Assembly (NCBI GenBank): GCA_046484865.1
Contig: JAWOID010000072.1
Span: 1-35,771, forward strand
DNA length: 35,771 bases
Origin: Candidatus Krumholzibacteriia bacterium
Lineage (GTDB): Bacteria > Krumholzibacteriota > Krumholzibacteriia > LZORAL124-64-63
Reading direction: 5' to 3'
Below, one piece after another: positions 1 to 8,091 of this stretch (positions are counted from its first letter, which is position 1; every line of letters begins with the position of its first letter). The notes beneath the pieces were generated by a model that ran no database searches, was not told the DNA's origin, and was given only the letters and a program-made list of their open reading frames with translations. Both the position numbers and the translations under genes were made by a program.

Positions 1-576
1 AGCGATACCAAATATTACCCCACCAATAGAGGTAAGAATAAAGAGTTGAGGAACTATTCTACCCAGACTAAAAATCACAACTCCTATGATTAGTAACCAG
101 CCTGCTATGCGTGGCAACGCACTCTCCACAATAACTGTGCGCCCCACAAGAATGCAACCCGGCAAAAAAAGCAGAATATAAGTAGAAAGAAGTAGCCCTG
201 CCCACATCAATTGTCCATCAGGTTTGATGAGGTCGAATAATGCGGTCGGTGTGCTCTGTTGGCTTGCTACTTCTGGTGCAACAAACCCAAAAACAAGGCT
301 AGTGGGTACACTTGCAAGTGAACCGATGATGGTAATAATAAATCCAAGCCGCGAAAGCTTGCTTTTTTGATCTATCAAGGAATGTTGAATGCCAACAACG
401 CCAAATGGAATCAAGAAATAGGCGAGCGCAATCAGAATTGCATTGGGAATCCATAATGGGCTGAACAGCCCATTTGGATCGAAGTCGCTTGGGTGTATTA
501 GCGATGAGGCAATCCAAATGATGCCAGCACCAAACAATATCATACCCCGCCAACGAATAGAATCATGATTTGACAT
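1..576 (-). CDS. Multi-pass membrane protein of unknown function (3'-partial), AT-rich
   Basis: Manual translation from ATG at 576 (MSNHDSIRWRGMILFGAGIIWIASSLIHPSDF...LFILTSIGGVIFGIA) stays open to base 1 (192 codons) with about six hydrophobic segments. It is absent from the ORF track because no stop lies in the window. Confidence 0.8.
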   Translation of the reverse strand, partial: MSNHDSIRWRGMILFGAGIIWIASSLIHPSDFDPNGLFSPLWIPNAILIALAYFLIPFGVVGIQHSLIDQKSKLSRLGFIITIIGSLASVPTSLVFGFVAPEVASQQSTPTALFDLIKPDGQLMWAGLLLSTYILLFLPGCILVGRTVIVESALPRIAGWLLIIGVVIFSLGRIVPQLFILTSIGGVIFGIA

Positions 577-641
577 TTTTTATTTTCCAATTTACAGTTT
601 TCTTTTTATCATTTAAATTCCGATTTTACTTTACACATTTT

Positions 642-785
642 TTATCTGATTTGTAGCCTTCCTCTAAGCTTAAGCATAACGTTCGGCGGTATGTGCAGTT
701 GGCGCAGAGTCGCGGTGGCCAGCGGTCCCTCCTCGCGGAGGAACGGCTGGAACCGGTGGTCGAGATGGGTCGCGTCCAGGGTCAT
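642..785 (-). pseudogene. N-terminal fragment of a GC-rich gene interrupted by the AT-rich block
   Basis: GGAG RBS 7 nt before ATG at 785. About 28 host-like codons (MTLDATHLDHRFQPFLREEGPLATATLR) then run into AT-rich DNA and stop at 642 (47 aa). Confidence 0.45.
674..704. mobile_element. Possible attC-like half site / cassette junction
   Basis: GCATAAC at 674-680 reads GTTATGC on the minus strand, resembling an integron R' core. It sits at the AT-to-GC switch about 100 bp upstream of the AT-rich gene. No complementary arm was found. Confidence 0.35.
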
Positions 786-878
786 CGGTACGCTCCGTTG
801 CCGGTGGTCGACTGCCGCCGCGCTCCGGCCCGGCGGGCGGCTCGCCGGTGCCGACCGGCGTCGCGAGCGGACGCCGGG

Positions 879-997
879 CCGCGCCGCTCCACGGTAGCCA
901 AACGACCCGCGCTGCTCCACGGAAGCCATCGGCCCGCGCCGCTCCACGGAAGCCACCGGCCCGCGCCGCTCCACCGTAGCCAAACGGCCCGCGCCGC
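879..997. repeat. Tandem repeat, about 4.3 copies of a 27-28 bp unit
   Basis: Units start at 879, 907, 934, 961 and 989. Each has the core CCGCGC(C/T)GCTCCAC(G/C)G(T/A)AGCCA plus a short variable tail. Confidence 0.9.
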
Positions 998-1010
998 GGT
1001 AGGGGGAAGA

Positions 1011-2516
1011 TCAGTCGGAGGCGATCTGCTCGGCGACCCGCCGGGCCGTCAACGCGGCCTCACGAACGCAGTGATTGATCGCCACGCCCCGGTAGCTGCT
1101 GCCGGTGAACAGGAGCCCGGGCTGCGCCCGGAGCGCCTGGTCCAGCGCACGCAGGCGCGCCAGGTGTCCGACCTCGTACTGGGCGATGGCCCGGGGATGC
1201 CGGAAGATCCAGGACCGTGCCGGGGGCTCCTCGAGTCCGTAGAGATTGCGCAACTCGTCCATGGCCAGCTCGACCAAAGCGCCGTCGTCCATCTCGATGC
1301 TTGCGGGCCCGCCCGCCATGCAGCGCAGGAGCACCTGTCCGTCCGGGGCGCGGCCCGGGAAGATGCTGCTGGACCAGAGCACGCCGAGCAGCCGTCGTCG
1401 TTCGCGGCCAGGAACCAGCATGCCGAACCCGTCCAGCGGGTGGCGCACCGACTCGCGCCGGAAGGCAAGGGCGATCACCACCATGGCCGCGTAGGGGATC
1501 TGCGCGAGCAGCCGGCGGACCTCCGGATCGGCCTGGTGACGCGCTGCGGCATGGGCGGGCGTGGCGTCGACGACGGCAGCGAAGGGACCGTGCGCCCGGC
1601 CGGCGGCGTGCACGACCCAGCCGGCGGCCGCACGCTCCAGTTGCTCCACCGGCGCACCGAGCAGCAGCCGGTCGCCCAGAGCGGCAGCCAGCCGTTCCGC
1701 CAGCACCTCGATGCCGCCGTGAAATCCGTGGAGCACTCCTGCCGGGCCGGGCGAGGGCGACCCGTCGCGCCCCGGTTCCGCCGTCGCGCCGGCGGCGCCG
1801 GCGTCGCGCGCTCGCCGCCGCTGGCGCCGGCGCTCGCGGCCGAGCGCGAAGAGCGCCCGGAACAGGGAGCCATACCGCTGCTCCAGCTCGAGCATCCGCG
1901 GGAACGACGCCGCCAGGCTGAGCCGGCGCGCGTCGCCCCCGGTGATCCCCTTCACCATCGGATCGAGGAAGACGTCCGCGAACGCCGGACCCAGACGGCG
2001 CGTGCCGAAGGCATGCACGGTCTCGTCGGTGGCCGGATCTTCCGCGGCTCGGCCCAGGTCGGTTCGCCGCGCGACGACCAGTTCCCGGCCCACGCGCAGC
2101 TTGGCGGCGGGAGAGAGCAGGCCCGTGCGCAGGAACGCGACGGGGGAGAGGGGGATCTCCTGCAGGCGCCCGTCCAGGAGCAGAAAGCGGCGGCGTGCCG
2201 CATCGGCGCTGCGTTGCAGGTCGTCGCCGGCCTGCAGGCGCTCGATCAGATCGAGGGTGGCCGGCTCGCTATCCAGGAAGCCATTGGGGCCCCACTCCAC
2301 CGTGAAGCCGGCCTCCCGCTCGGTACGGAGGTTGCCGCCGGCCCGGGGCGCGGCCTCGAACACCTGCACGTCGGCCACCGGGTCCGCGGGCGCGCGACCG
2401 CCATCCGCCGCAGGCGCGCGACCGCCGTCCGCCGCGGGGGGACGGAGCAGGTCGAGCGCAGTGCTCAGGCCGGCCACGCCGCCGCCCAGGATCGCCACGC
2501 GCCGGCCGCGGCTCAC
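1011..2516 (-). CDS. hemG: Protoporphyrinogen/coproporphyrinogen III oxidase (HemY-type FAD oxidase)
   Basis: GxGxxG (ILGGGVAGLS), EA..RAGG, VEWGPNGF, AIAQYEVGH and C-terminal GSSYRGVAINHCV. GTG start overlaps the hemH stop (GTGA). Confidence 0.93.
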   Translation of the reverse strand: MSRGRRVAILGGGVAGLSTALDLLRPPAADGGRAPAADGGRAPADPVADVQVFEAAPRAGGNLRTEREAGFTVEWGPNGFLDSEPATLDLIERLQAGDDLQRSADAARRRFLLLDGRLQEIPLSPVAFLRTGLLSPAAKLRVGRELVVARRTDLGRAAEDPATDETVHAFGTRRLGPAFADVFLDPMVKGITGGDARRLSLAASFPRMLELEQRYGSLFRALFALGRERRRQRRRARDAGAAGATAEPGRDGSPSPGPAGVLHGFHGGIEVLAERLAAALGDRLLLGAPVEQLERAAAGWVVHAAGRAHGPFAAVVDATPAHAAARHQADPEVRRLLAQIPYAAMVVIALAFRRESVRHPLDGFGMLVPGRERRRLLGVLWSSSIFPGRAPDGQVLLRCMAGGPASIEMDDGALVELAMDELRNLYGLEEPPARSWIFRHPRAIAQYEVGHLARLRALDQALRAQPGLLFTGSSYRGVAINHCVREAALTARRVAEQIASD

Positions 2517-3640
2517 GGACTCTCCCGCAGCGCAGCGTCCGTTGCCGGCAGGTGTGGCCCGAAGGCTCGCGCGCGCAGGTGACCCGCCAGGCCGACGAGC
2601 CAGCCCTCGTCCAGGTTCAGCGCCGGCGGCCGGCGGAAGTCGACCACGCCGGCGTGTCGGAGCAGACCGGCCAGCTCCTGGTCGAGTTCGTGGAGCGTCT
2701 CGATGTGATCGCAGGTGAAGCTCACCGGCACCACGGCCACCCGTCGCCGTCCCCCGCGCGCCAGCTCCAGCGCGGTCGCCTCGAGTTCGGGCCCCACCCA
2801 CCGCACCGGTCCCACCTTGCTCTGGTACGCCAGCAGCGGCGCCGCCCCGCCGGCCACCTGGTCCAGCCAGCGGCTGCGCCCGACGTCGGTGCCCGCCACC
2901 GCGTTCCGCAAGCCCGCGTGAACCGCGGCCACCGTGGCCCGCGTCTGGTCCACGTACGGGTCGCCGCCGCGCACGAATCGTTGCGGCAACGAGTGGGCGG
3001 CGAAGATCACGGCGCACTCGGTGGCCGGCGCTCCATCGGCGAGCCACTCCCGCAGCGGTTCGGCGGCCCGGCGGACGAGCGCCTCGATGTATGCCGGCTG
3101 GTCGTGCCAGTCGGGCACGACGTGCAGGGGGAGGTGCGGCGCCATGCGGGCGGCGGTGCGGGAGAACTCGGCCAGGACGCTGCCCGTGGTGGCGGTGGCG
3201 TACTGCGGGTAGGCAGGCACCACCAGCACCTGGGCCACCTCGCGGGCGAGCAGGTCGCTCACCGTCTCGGCGGCGAACGGATGCCAGTAGCGCATGACGC
3301 AGGCGGGCACCATCTGCGGACCGCCGCCGGCGCTCAGCAGCTCGGCCAGCCGGGCGGCCTGCTTGCGCGTCCAGTGCAGCTGCGGCGACCCGCCGCCGAA
3401 GCCGACGCGCCGATAACGTTCGCGCACGGCGGCGACGCGACGCCGGACGATGATCTCGCCGACCAGCGGCACCAGCAGCCGCGGCACCGGCAGCACGGCC
3501 GGGTCGGCGAACAGGTTGCGCAGGAACGGCGCCACGGCGTCGGGCCCGTCCGGCCCGCCCATGCCGGCCAGGACCAGGCCCGTGCGGGCGCGCGGGTCGA
3601 GTTCGGCGCGGGGCCAGTGTCGCGCGGCGTAGCGGCCCAT
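2513..3640 (-). CDS. hemH: Ferrochelatase
   Basis: GLVLAGMGGP, GGGSP, MRYWHP, YPQY, FAAHSLP, YQSKVG and SFTCDHIETL motifs. GGAGG RBS before ATG at 3640. Confidence 0.95.
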   Translation of the reverse strand: MGRYAARHWPRAELDPRARTGLVLAGMGGPDGPDAVAPFLRNLFADPAVLPVPRLLVPLVGEIIVRRRVAAVRERYRRVGFGGGSPQLHWTRKQAARLAELLSAGGGPQMVPACVMRYWHPFAAETVSDLLAREVAQVLVVPAYPQYATATTGSVLAEFSRTAARMAPHLPLHVVPDWHDQPAYIEALVRRAAEPLREWLADGAPATECAVIFAAHSLPQRFVRGGDPYVDQTRATVAAVHAGLRNAVAGTDVGRSRWLDQVAGGAAPLLAYQSKVGPVRWVGPELEATALELARGGRRRVAVVPVSFTCDHIETLHELDQELAGLLRHAGVVDFRRPPALNLDEGWLVGLAGHLRARAFGPHLPATDAALRESP

Positions 3641-3659
3641 CCGGTGTCCTCCCGGCGGA

Positions 3660-5033
3660 TCAGACGGTCCGCGAGAAGAGAGGTTTCTCCTCGCTGTCAT
3701 CCAGGTAGGCGTCGAAGGCCATCGCCACGTTGCGCAGGAAGTAGCGGCCCAGCTCGGTCACCTCCAGCCGGTCCGGGTGGATCACGGCCAGACCCTCTGC
3801 CACCACGGGAGCCAGCCTGCCCAGCGCCTCGGGCAGCAACTCGTCCACGGGGGCGCCGAACTCCGGCACCGTGGCGGCATGGGGCAGGGTGAGATTGCAC
3901 ATGAGTTCGAGGATCACGAAGCGGCGCAGCCGGTCGTCGTCGCTCAGGCGCAGGCCGCGCACCACCGGTAGTTCGTCCCGATCCACGCTCTCGCGGTAGC
4001 CCAGCAGGTCGGCGTCGTTCTGGGCGAAACGGCCGGCGACCTCGCTGATGCCGCTGGCGCCGAAGGCGAGCAGGTCGAGCGCGGGGCGCGTGGTGTAGCC
4101 CATGAAGTTACGGTGCAGGCGCCGTTCGGCGTGCGCCCGCGACAGCTCGTCGTCGGGGCGTGCGAAGTGGTCGAGACCGATCCAGCGGTAGCCCGCACCC
4201 GTGAAGGTCTCCACCGCCTGCTGGAACAGCGCGAACTTGGCCGCCGTCCGGGGCAGCGCGGTCTCGTCGATCTGCCGCTGGTTCTCGCGCGCCCAGGGCA
4301 CGTGCGCGTACCCGAAGCACGCCACGCGGTCGGGACCCAGGTCGATGGCGCGCGCGAGCGTCTCGCCGAACAGCTCGGGGGTCTGGTGCGGCAGTCCGTA
4401 GACCAGGTCGACGTTCACGCTCTCGAACCCCACTTCGCGGCAGGCCCGGAAGAAACTCGTGGTGAGCTTCTCGGGCTGCACGCGGCCGATGGCCACCTGC
4501 ACGCGTCTCGAGAAGTCCTGCACGCCGAGGCTCACCCTGTTGAAGCCCAGCTCGCGCAGCTGGGCCGCCTGCTCCGGCGTGCCCACCCGCGGGTCGGTCT
4601 CCAGCGAGATCTCGGCGTCCGGGGCGAAGGAGAAGCGGTCGGCGAACATCCCGAAGGCGCGTTCCAGCTGCCGGGTCTTCAGGAAGTTGGGCGTGCCGCC
4701 GCCCCAGTGCATCTGGACGATCCGCCGCCGGCCGATCCGCGCGGTCACCAGCTCGAGTTCCCGCTCCAGAGCGTCGAGGTAGCGATCCACCTCGTCGGCG
4801 CACCCGGACACCGCGGCGTTGCAGCCGCAGTAGTGGCAGCGCTTCACACAGTAGGGGTGGTGGGCGTACACGGCCACGCCGGTGTCGGGTTGCCGCGCCA
4901 GGTCGTCCAGTGCCGCCGCGTGGTCCGCAGCCGTGAAGTCGCGTGACCAGACCGGCACCGTGGGATAGCTGGTGTAGCGGGGCCCCGGCCGGTTCAGCCG
5001 CTCCAGCTGACCGGGGGCGAGGGTCACCGTCAT
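3660..5033 (-). CDS. hemN: Oxygen-independent coproporphyrinogen III dehydrogenase (radical SAM)
   Basis: N-terminal GPRYTSYPT, CVKRCHYC (CxxxCxxC), HWGGGTP, RVSLGVQDF and LHRNFMGY. Lies inside the hem operon. Confidence 0.95.
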   Translation of the reverse strand: MTVTLAPGQLERLNRPGPRYTSYPTVPVWSRDFTAADHAAALDDLARQPDTGVAVYAHHPYCVKRCHYCGCNAAVSGCADEVDRYLDALERELELVTARIGRRRIVQMHWGGGTPNFLKTRQLERAFGMFADRFSFAPDAEISLETDPRVGTPEQAAQLRELGFNRVSLGVQDFSRRVQVAIGRVQPEKLTTSFFRACREVGFESVNVDLVYGLPHQTPELFGETLARAIDLGPDRVACFGYAHVPWARENQRQIDETALPRTAAKFALFQQAVETFTGAGYRWIGLDHFARPDDELSRAHAERRLHRNFMGYTTRPALDLLAFGASGISEVAGRFAQNDADLLGYRESVDRDELPVVRGLRLSDDDRLRRFVILELMCNLTLPHAATVPEFGAPVDELLPEALGRLAPVVAEGLAVIHPDRLEVTELGRYFLRNVAMAFDAYLDDSEEKPLFSRTV

Positions 5034-6085
5034 GACGTCTCCCGTCCATGTTCACGGACCGTGGCGACCAGGGTCTCCACCGCCGCGATCGGCGTCTCGG
5101 GCACGATGCCGTGGCCGAGATTGAACACGTGTCCCGGCGCCGCGTCGCCGGCGCGCAGGACGGCACGGGTGCGCCGCCGGATCTCGTCCTGCGATCCGAG
5201 CAGCACCAGGGGATCGAGGTTCCCCTGCAGCGGTCGCCGACCGACCAGGCGCAGCGCCTCGTCGAGGCCGACGGTCCAGTCGATGCCCAGCGCATCGGCG
5301 CCGGCAGCGGCGGCCAGGGGCAGAATCGAGGCGCCCCCGCGGGCGAAGAAGATGCGCGGCACGCCGGTCTCGGCCACCCGTTCCAGGATGCGGCGGACCC
5401 GCGGCAGCGCCAGCCGCCGGTAGTCCTCCGGCACGAGGATGCCGGCCCAGGTGTCGAAGAGCTGCACCGCGTCGGCACCGGCCTCCGCCTGCATGACCAG
5501 GTGTTCGCCGACCTGGTCCGCCAGGAGATCGAGCAGGCGCTCGACGAGGTCCGGACGCGAGTAGAGCATGGCCTTGAACCGGCGGAAGTCCTGGCTGCCG
5601 CCGCCCTCCACCAGATAGGCGGCGAGCGTCACCGGCGCTCCCGCGAAGCCGATCAGCGGCGTCCCGTCCGGCAGGCTGCGCTTGATGAGCCGGATGGCGT
5701 CGGCCACGAACCCCAGCTCCTCGCGCGGGTCCACGACCTGCAGCCGGTCCACGTCGTCCTCGTCGCGCAGCGGCCGTTCCAGGCGAGGCCCGCCTTCGTC
5801 GAAGCGGAACTCGGCGCCCATCGGCTCCAGCGGCGTCAGGATGTCGCTGAAGAGGATGGCGGCATCGAAGCCGAACCGGCGGATGGGCTGCAGCGTCACC
5901 TCGCAGGCCAGCTCGGGCTCGCGACAGAGTTGCCGGAAGCTGACGCGCTCGCGCACGGCCCGGTACTCGGGCAGGTAGCGGCCGGCCTGACGCATGATCC
6001 AGATGGGGCGCTGCCCGGTGGGCCGGCCGCGCAGCGCGGCGAGGAACGGCGGCTCCGGGCGACGAACGGAAGGCAGCTCGGCCAT
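5030..6085 (-). CDS. hemE: Uroporphyrinogen decarboxylase
   Basis: PIWIMRQAGRYLPEY, DAAILFSDIL, LIGFAGAP, QGNLDP and FNLGHG motifs. Confidence 0.97.
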   Translation of the reverse strand: MAELPSVRRPEPPFLAALRGRPTGQRPIWIMRQAGRYLPEYRAVRERVSFRQLCREPELACEVTLQPIRRFGFDAAILFSDILTPLEPMGAEFRFDEGGPRLERPLRDEDDVDRLQVVDPREELGFVADAIRLIKRSLPDGTPLIGFAGAPVTLAAYLVEGGGSQDFRRFKAMLYSRPDLVERLLDLLADQVGEHLVMQAEAGADAVQLFDTWAGILVPEDYRRLALPRVRRILERVAETGVPRIFFARGGASILPLAAAAGADALGIDWTVGLDEALRLVGRRPLQGNLDPLVLLGSQDEIRRRTRAVLRAGDAAPGHVFNLGHGIVPETPIAAVETLVATVREHGRETS

Positions 6086-6126
6086 GGTGTCCCTTCGGAG
6101 TGGGCGATACACGGCGCAGAACCTGA

Positions 6127-6155
6127 AAAATAGCTCCCAGGTTCCCGACCGCCAA
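6127..6155 (-). promoter_or_regulatory. Putative sigma70-type promoter of the hem operon
   Basis: TTGGCG-N17-TATTTT on the minus strand, about 40 nt upstream of the hemE ATG. Confidence 0.45.
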
Positions 6156-6193
6156 GGTGGTGACTGCAAGTCAACCCATGAAATTGCAGGGAC

Positions 6194-6211
6194 TTGTCAT
6201 CGCGGTGTCAT
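6194..6211. promoter_or_regulatory. Direct repeat with 11-bp period (OmpR/PhoB-box-like)
   Basis: TTGTCAT-CGCG-GTGTCAT between the response regulator gene and the hemE promoter. Confidence 0.4.
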
Positions 6212-6264
6212 GTCTGGCAGCCGGCGCCCCGGCGGCAGCTGCAGCCGGGGCGCGCGCGGCCGGA

Positions 6265-6981
6265 TCAGGCATGCCGCGAGGAACGCTCGGGGTCGATGAC
6301 GAGCCGGTAACCCACCCCGTGAACGGTCTGGATGTGGATCGGCCGGGCCGGATCCTTCTCCAGCGTCTTGCGCAGGGAGAGGATGAAGTTGTCGACGGTG
6401 CGGGTGGTGGGATAGGCGCCGTATCCCCACACGCGGTCGAGGATGGTCTCGCGGTCCACCGGCTCCCCCTCGCGCTCGGCGAGCAGCCGCAGGATCATCA
6501 CCTCCTTCTCCTTGAGCTTCACCGTGCCCGCGGGGCTGCGCGCCTCGTACCGTCGCAGATCGACCTCGCTGGAACCCACCTGCAGGACGTCGGGCACCTG
6601 TTGGTCGGCCAGCCAGTCTTGCCGCCGGAACATCGACTTGATCCGCGCCAGCAGCTCGCTCAGGTCGAACGGCTTGACGAGGTAGTCGTCGCCTCCTTCC
6701 TCGAGTCCGCGGATCCGGTCGGCCCCCGCGCTGCGGGCGGTCAGGAACAGCACGGGAACCCGATCGCCGGCCTCGCGGACGCGCCGGCAGAAGGCGAAGC
6801 CGTCCATCCCGGGCAGCATCACGTCAAGGAGGATCAGGTCCACGCCGCCCCGCTGCCAGTACTCCAGCGCTTCCTCGGCGCTGCCGGCCAGTACCGGCTC
6901 GTAGCCCTCCAGATCGAGGTTGATGCGCAGCCCATCGGCCAGGTTCGCATCGTCCTCCACCACCAGGATGCGCCGCTTCAT
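6265..6981 (-). CDS. OmpR/PhoB-family response regulator
   Basis: ILVVEDD, LLDVMLP, FLTAR and DDYLVKPF receiver motifs, followed by a wHTH (RTVDNFILSLRK..IQTVHGVGY). Confidence 0.95.
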   Translation of the reverse strand: MKRRILVVEDDANLADGLRINLDLEGYEPVLAGSAEEALEYWQRGGVDLILLDVMLPGMDGFAFCRRVREAGDRVPVLFLTARSAGADRIRGLEEGGDDYLVKPFDLSELLARIKSMFRRQDWLADQQVPDVLQVGSSEVDLRRYEARSPAGTVKLKEKEVMILRLLAEREGEPVDRETILDRVWGYGAYPTTRTVDNFILSLRKTLEKDPARPIHIQTVHGVGYRLVIDPERSSRHA

Positions 6982-8066
6982 GGACCTTCCCCCTCGTAAA
7001 CCGGCAGCACCAGGGTGAACGTCGCCCCCTGGTTCTCGCCGCTCTGCAATTCCACGTGACCACCCAGCCGCTCGACGTTGCGCCGCACCAGGTACAGGCC
7101 CAGGCCCGCGCCGGGACGCCGATCGCTGCCCGTATAGAAGCACTCGAAGACCTTCCCGTGCAACCGCCGCGGGATGCCGGGTCCGCGGTCACGGACGGCC
7201 AGCCGGTGCCACGGGCCGTCGCGGCGCAGCGTCACCTCGACGTGCGCCGGCCGCGGCGAGAATTTCACCGCGTTCTGCAGGAGATTGCGCAGCGCCAGGT
7301 TCAGCGGCAGACGCTGGCCGAGGATCGCGTGCCCTTCCGGCAGGTCGCTCTCGACCCGGGCATCGTGACTGGCGAAGAACCCGTGCAGGTCCGCCAGCAC
7401 GGCGCGGGCCTCCGCGGCCAGGTCGATGCGGTGGCGCGGCTCCTCGCGGAAGGTATCGTCGGCGCTCATGGCCAGCACCTGGTTGACGAGACTCTCGAGC
7501 GTCTTCAGATCCTCGATCATCCGGCCGCGGATGCGGCGGCGGTCGGCCTCGGCGAGCCCCTCGCGATCGAGCGTCTGGGCGTAAAGCCGCAGGCTCGCCA
7601 GAGGCGTCTTGAACTCGTGGGTGGCGCCGGCCAGGAACAGCTCGCGGGCGCGCTTGAACTCGCGCTCCCGCCGCATCGCCACCATCAGGATCGTGGCGGC
7701 GGCGCCGAGCAGCAGGAGGAAGAACAGGCCTTCCCAGATGAACATGTTGCGACGGCGGCGCGCTTCCGATCGGATCTCGGCCACCATCTCGGGATCGATC
7801 TCCGCCACCAGCACGCCCGCCTCGTTGCGACGGTAGACGAGGTGCGGGAAGACGCCGCCGAGCGACCCTTCCGGGTCGGCGCGCAGGGCCGGATCGGTCT
7901 GCAGCAGGAAGGTGGCGTGCAGGCGGTCGTTGGCGAGCTTCTGGAGCCGCAGATCGGCGTAGGCGGCGCCCTCCTGGCTCAGGAAGTAGACCCACCAGCC
8001 GCCCATCACGACCAGCAGGCCGACCACGACGCCGTACAGCACGCCCAGGCGCCAGCGACGGTTCAC
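6978..8066 (-). CDS. Membrane sensor histidine kinase
   Basis: Two TM segments, H-box THEFKTPL, N-box NLLQNAVKF, G1 DRGPGI and G2 GAGLGL. Stop overlaps the regulator start. Confidence 0.95.
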   Translation of the reverse strand: MNRRWRLGVLYGVVVGLLVVMGGWWVYFLSQEGAAYADLRLQKLANDRLHATFLLQTDPALRADPEGSLGGVFPHLVYRRNEAGVLVAEIDPEMVAEIRSEARRRRNMFIWEGLFFLLLLGAAATILMVAMRREREFKRARELFLAGATHEFKTPLASLRLYAQTLDREGLAEADRRRIRGRMIEDLKTLESLVNQVLAMSADDTFREEPRHRIDLAAEARAVLADLHGFFASHDARVESDLPEGHAILGQRLPLNLALRNLLQNAVKFSPRPAHVEVTLRRDGPWHRLAVRDRGPGIPRRLHGKVFECFYTGSDRRPGAGLGLYLVRRNVERLGGHVELQSGENQGATFTLVLPVYEGEGP

Positions 8067-8091
8067 GTTCCGCGACCTGCCGGGGTGGATC

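Noticed and set aside
299..553. 84-aa ORF from the track
   Set aside because: It is an alternative frame inside the longer and more plausible membrane-protein ORF (576 to <1).
786..983. Upstream extension of ORF 642..983 with VERRGP repeats
   Set aside because: It is a translation of the tandem repeat. The RBS supports a start at 785.
879..997. CRISPR array
   Set aside because: Units are contiguous with no unique spacers, and there are no cas genes in the window.
6159..6175. FNR/CRP box upstream of hemE
   Set aside because: Spacing is TGA-N7-TCA rather than the TGA-N6-TCA of FNR/CRP sites. Kept only as an unassigned palindrome.
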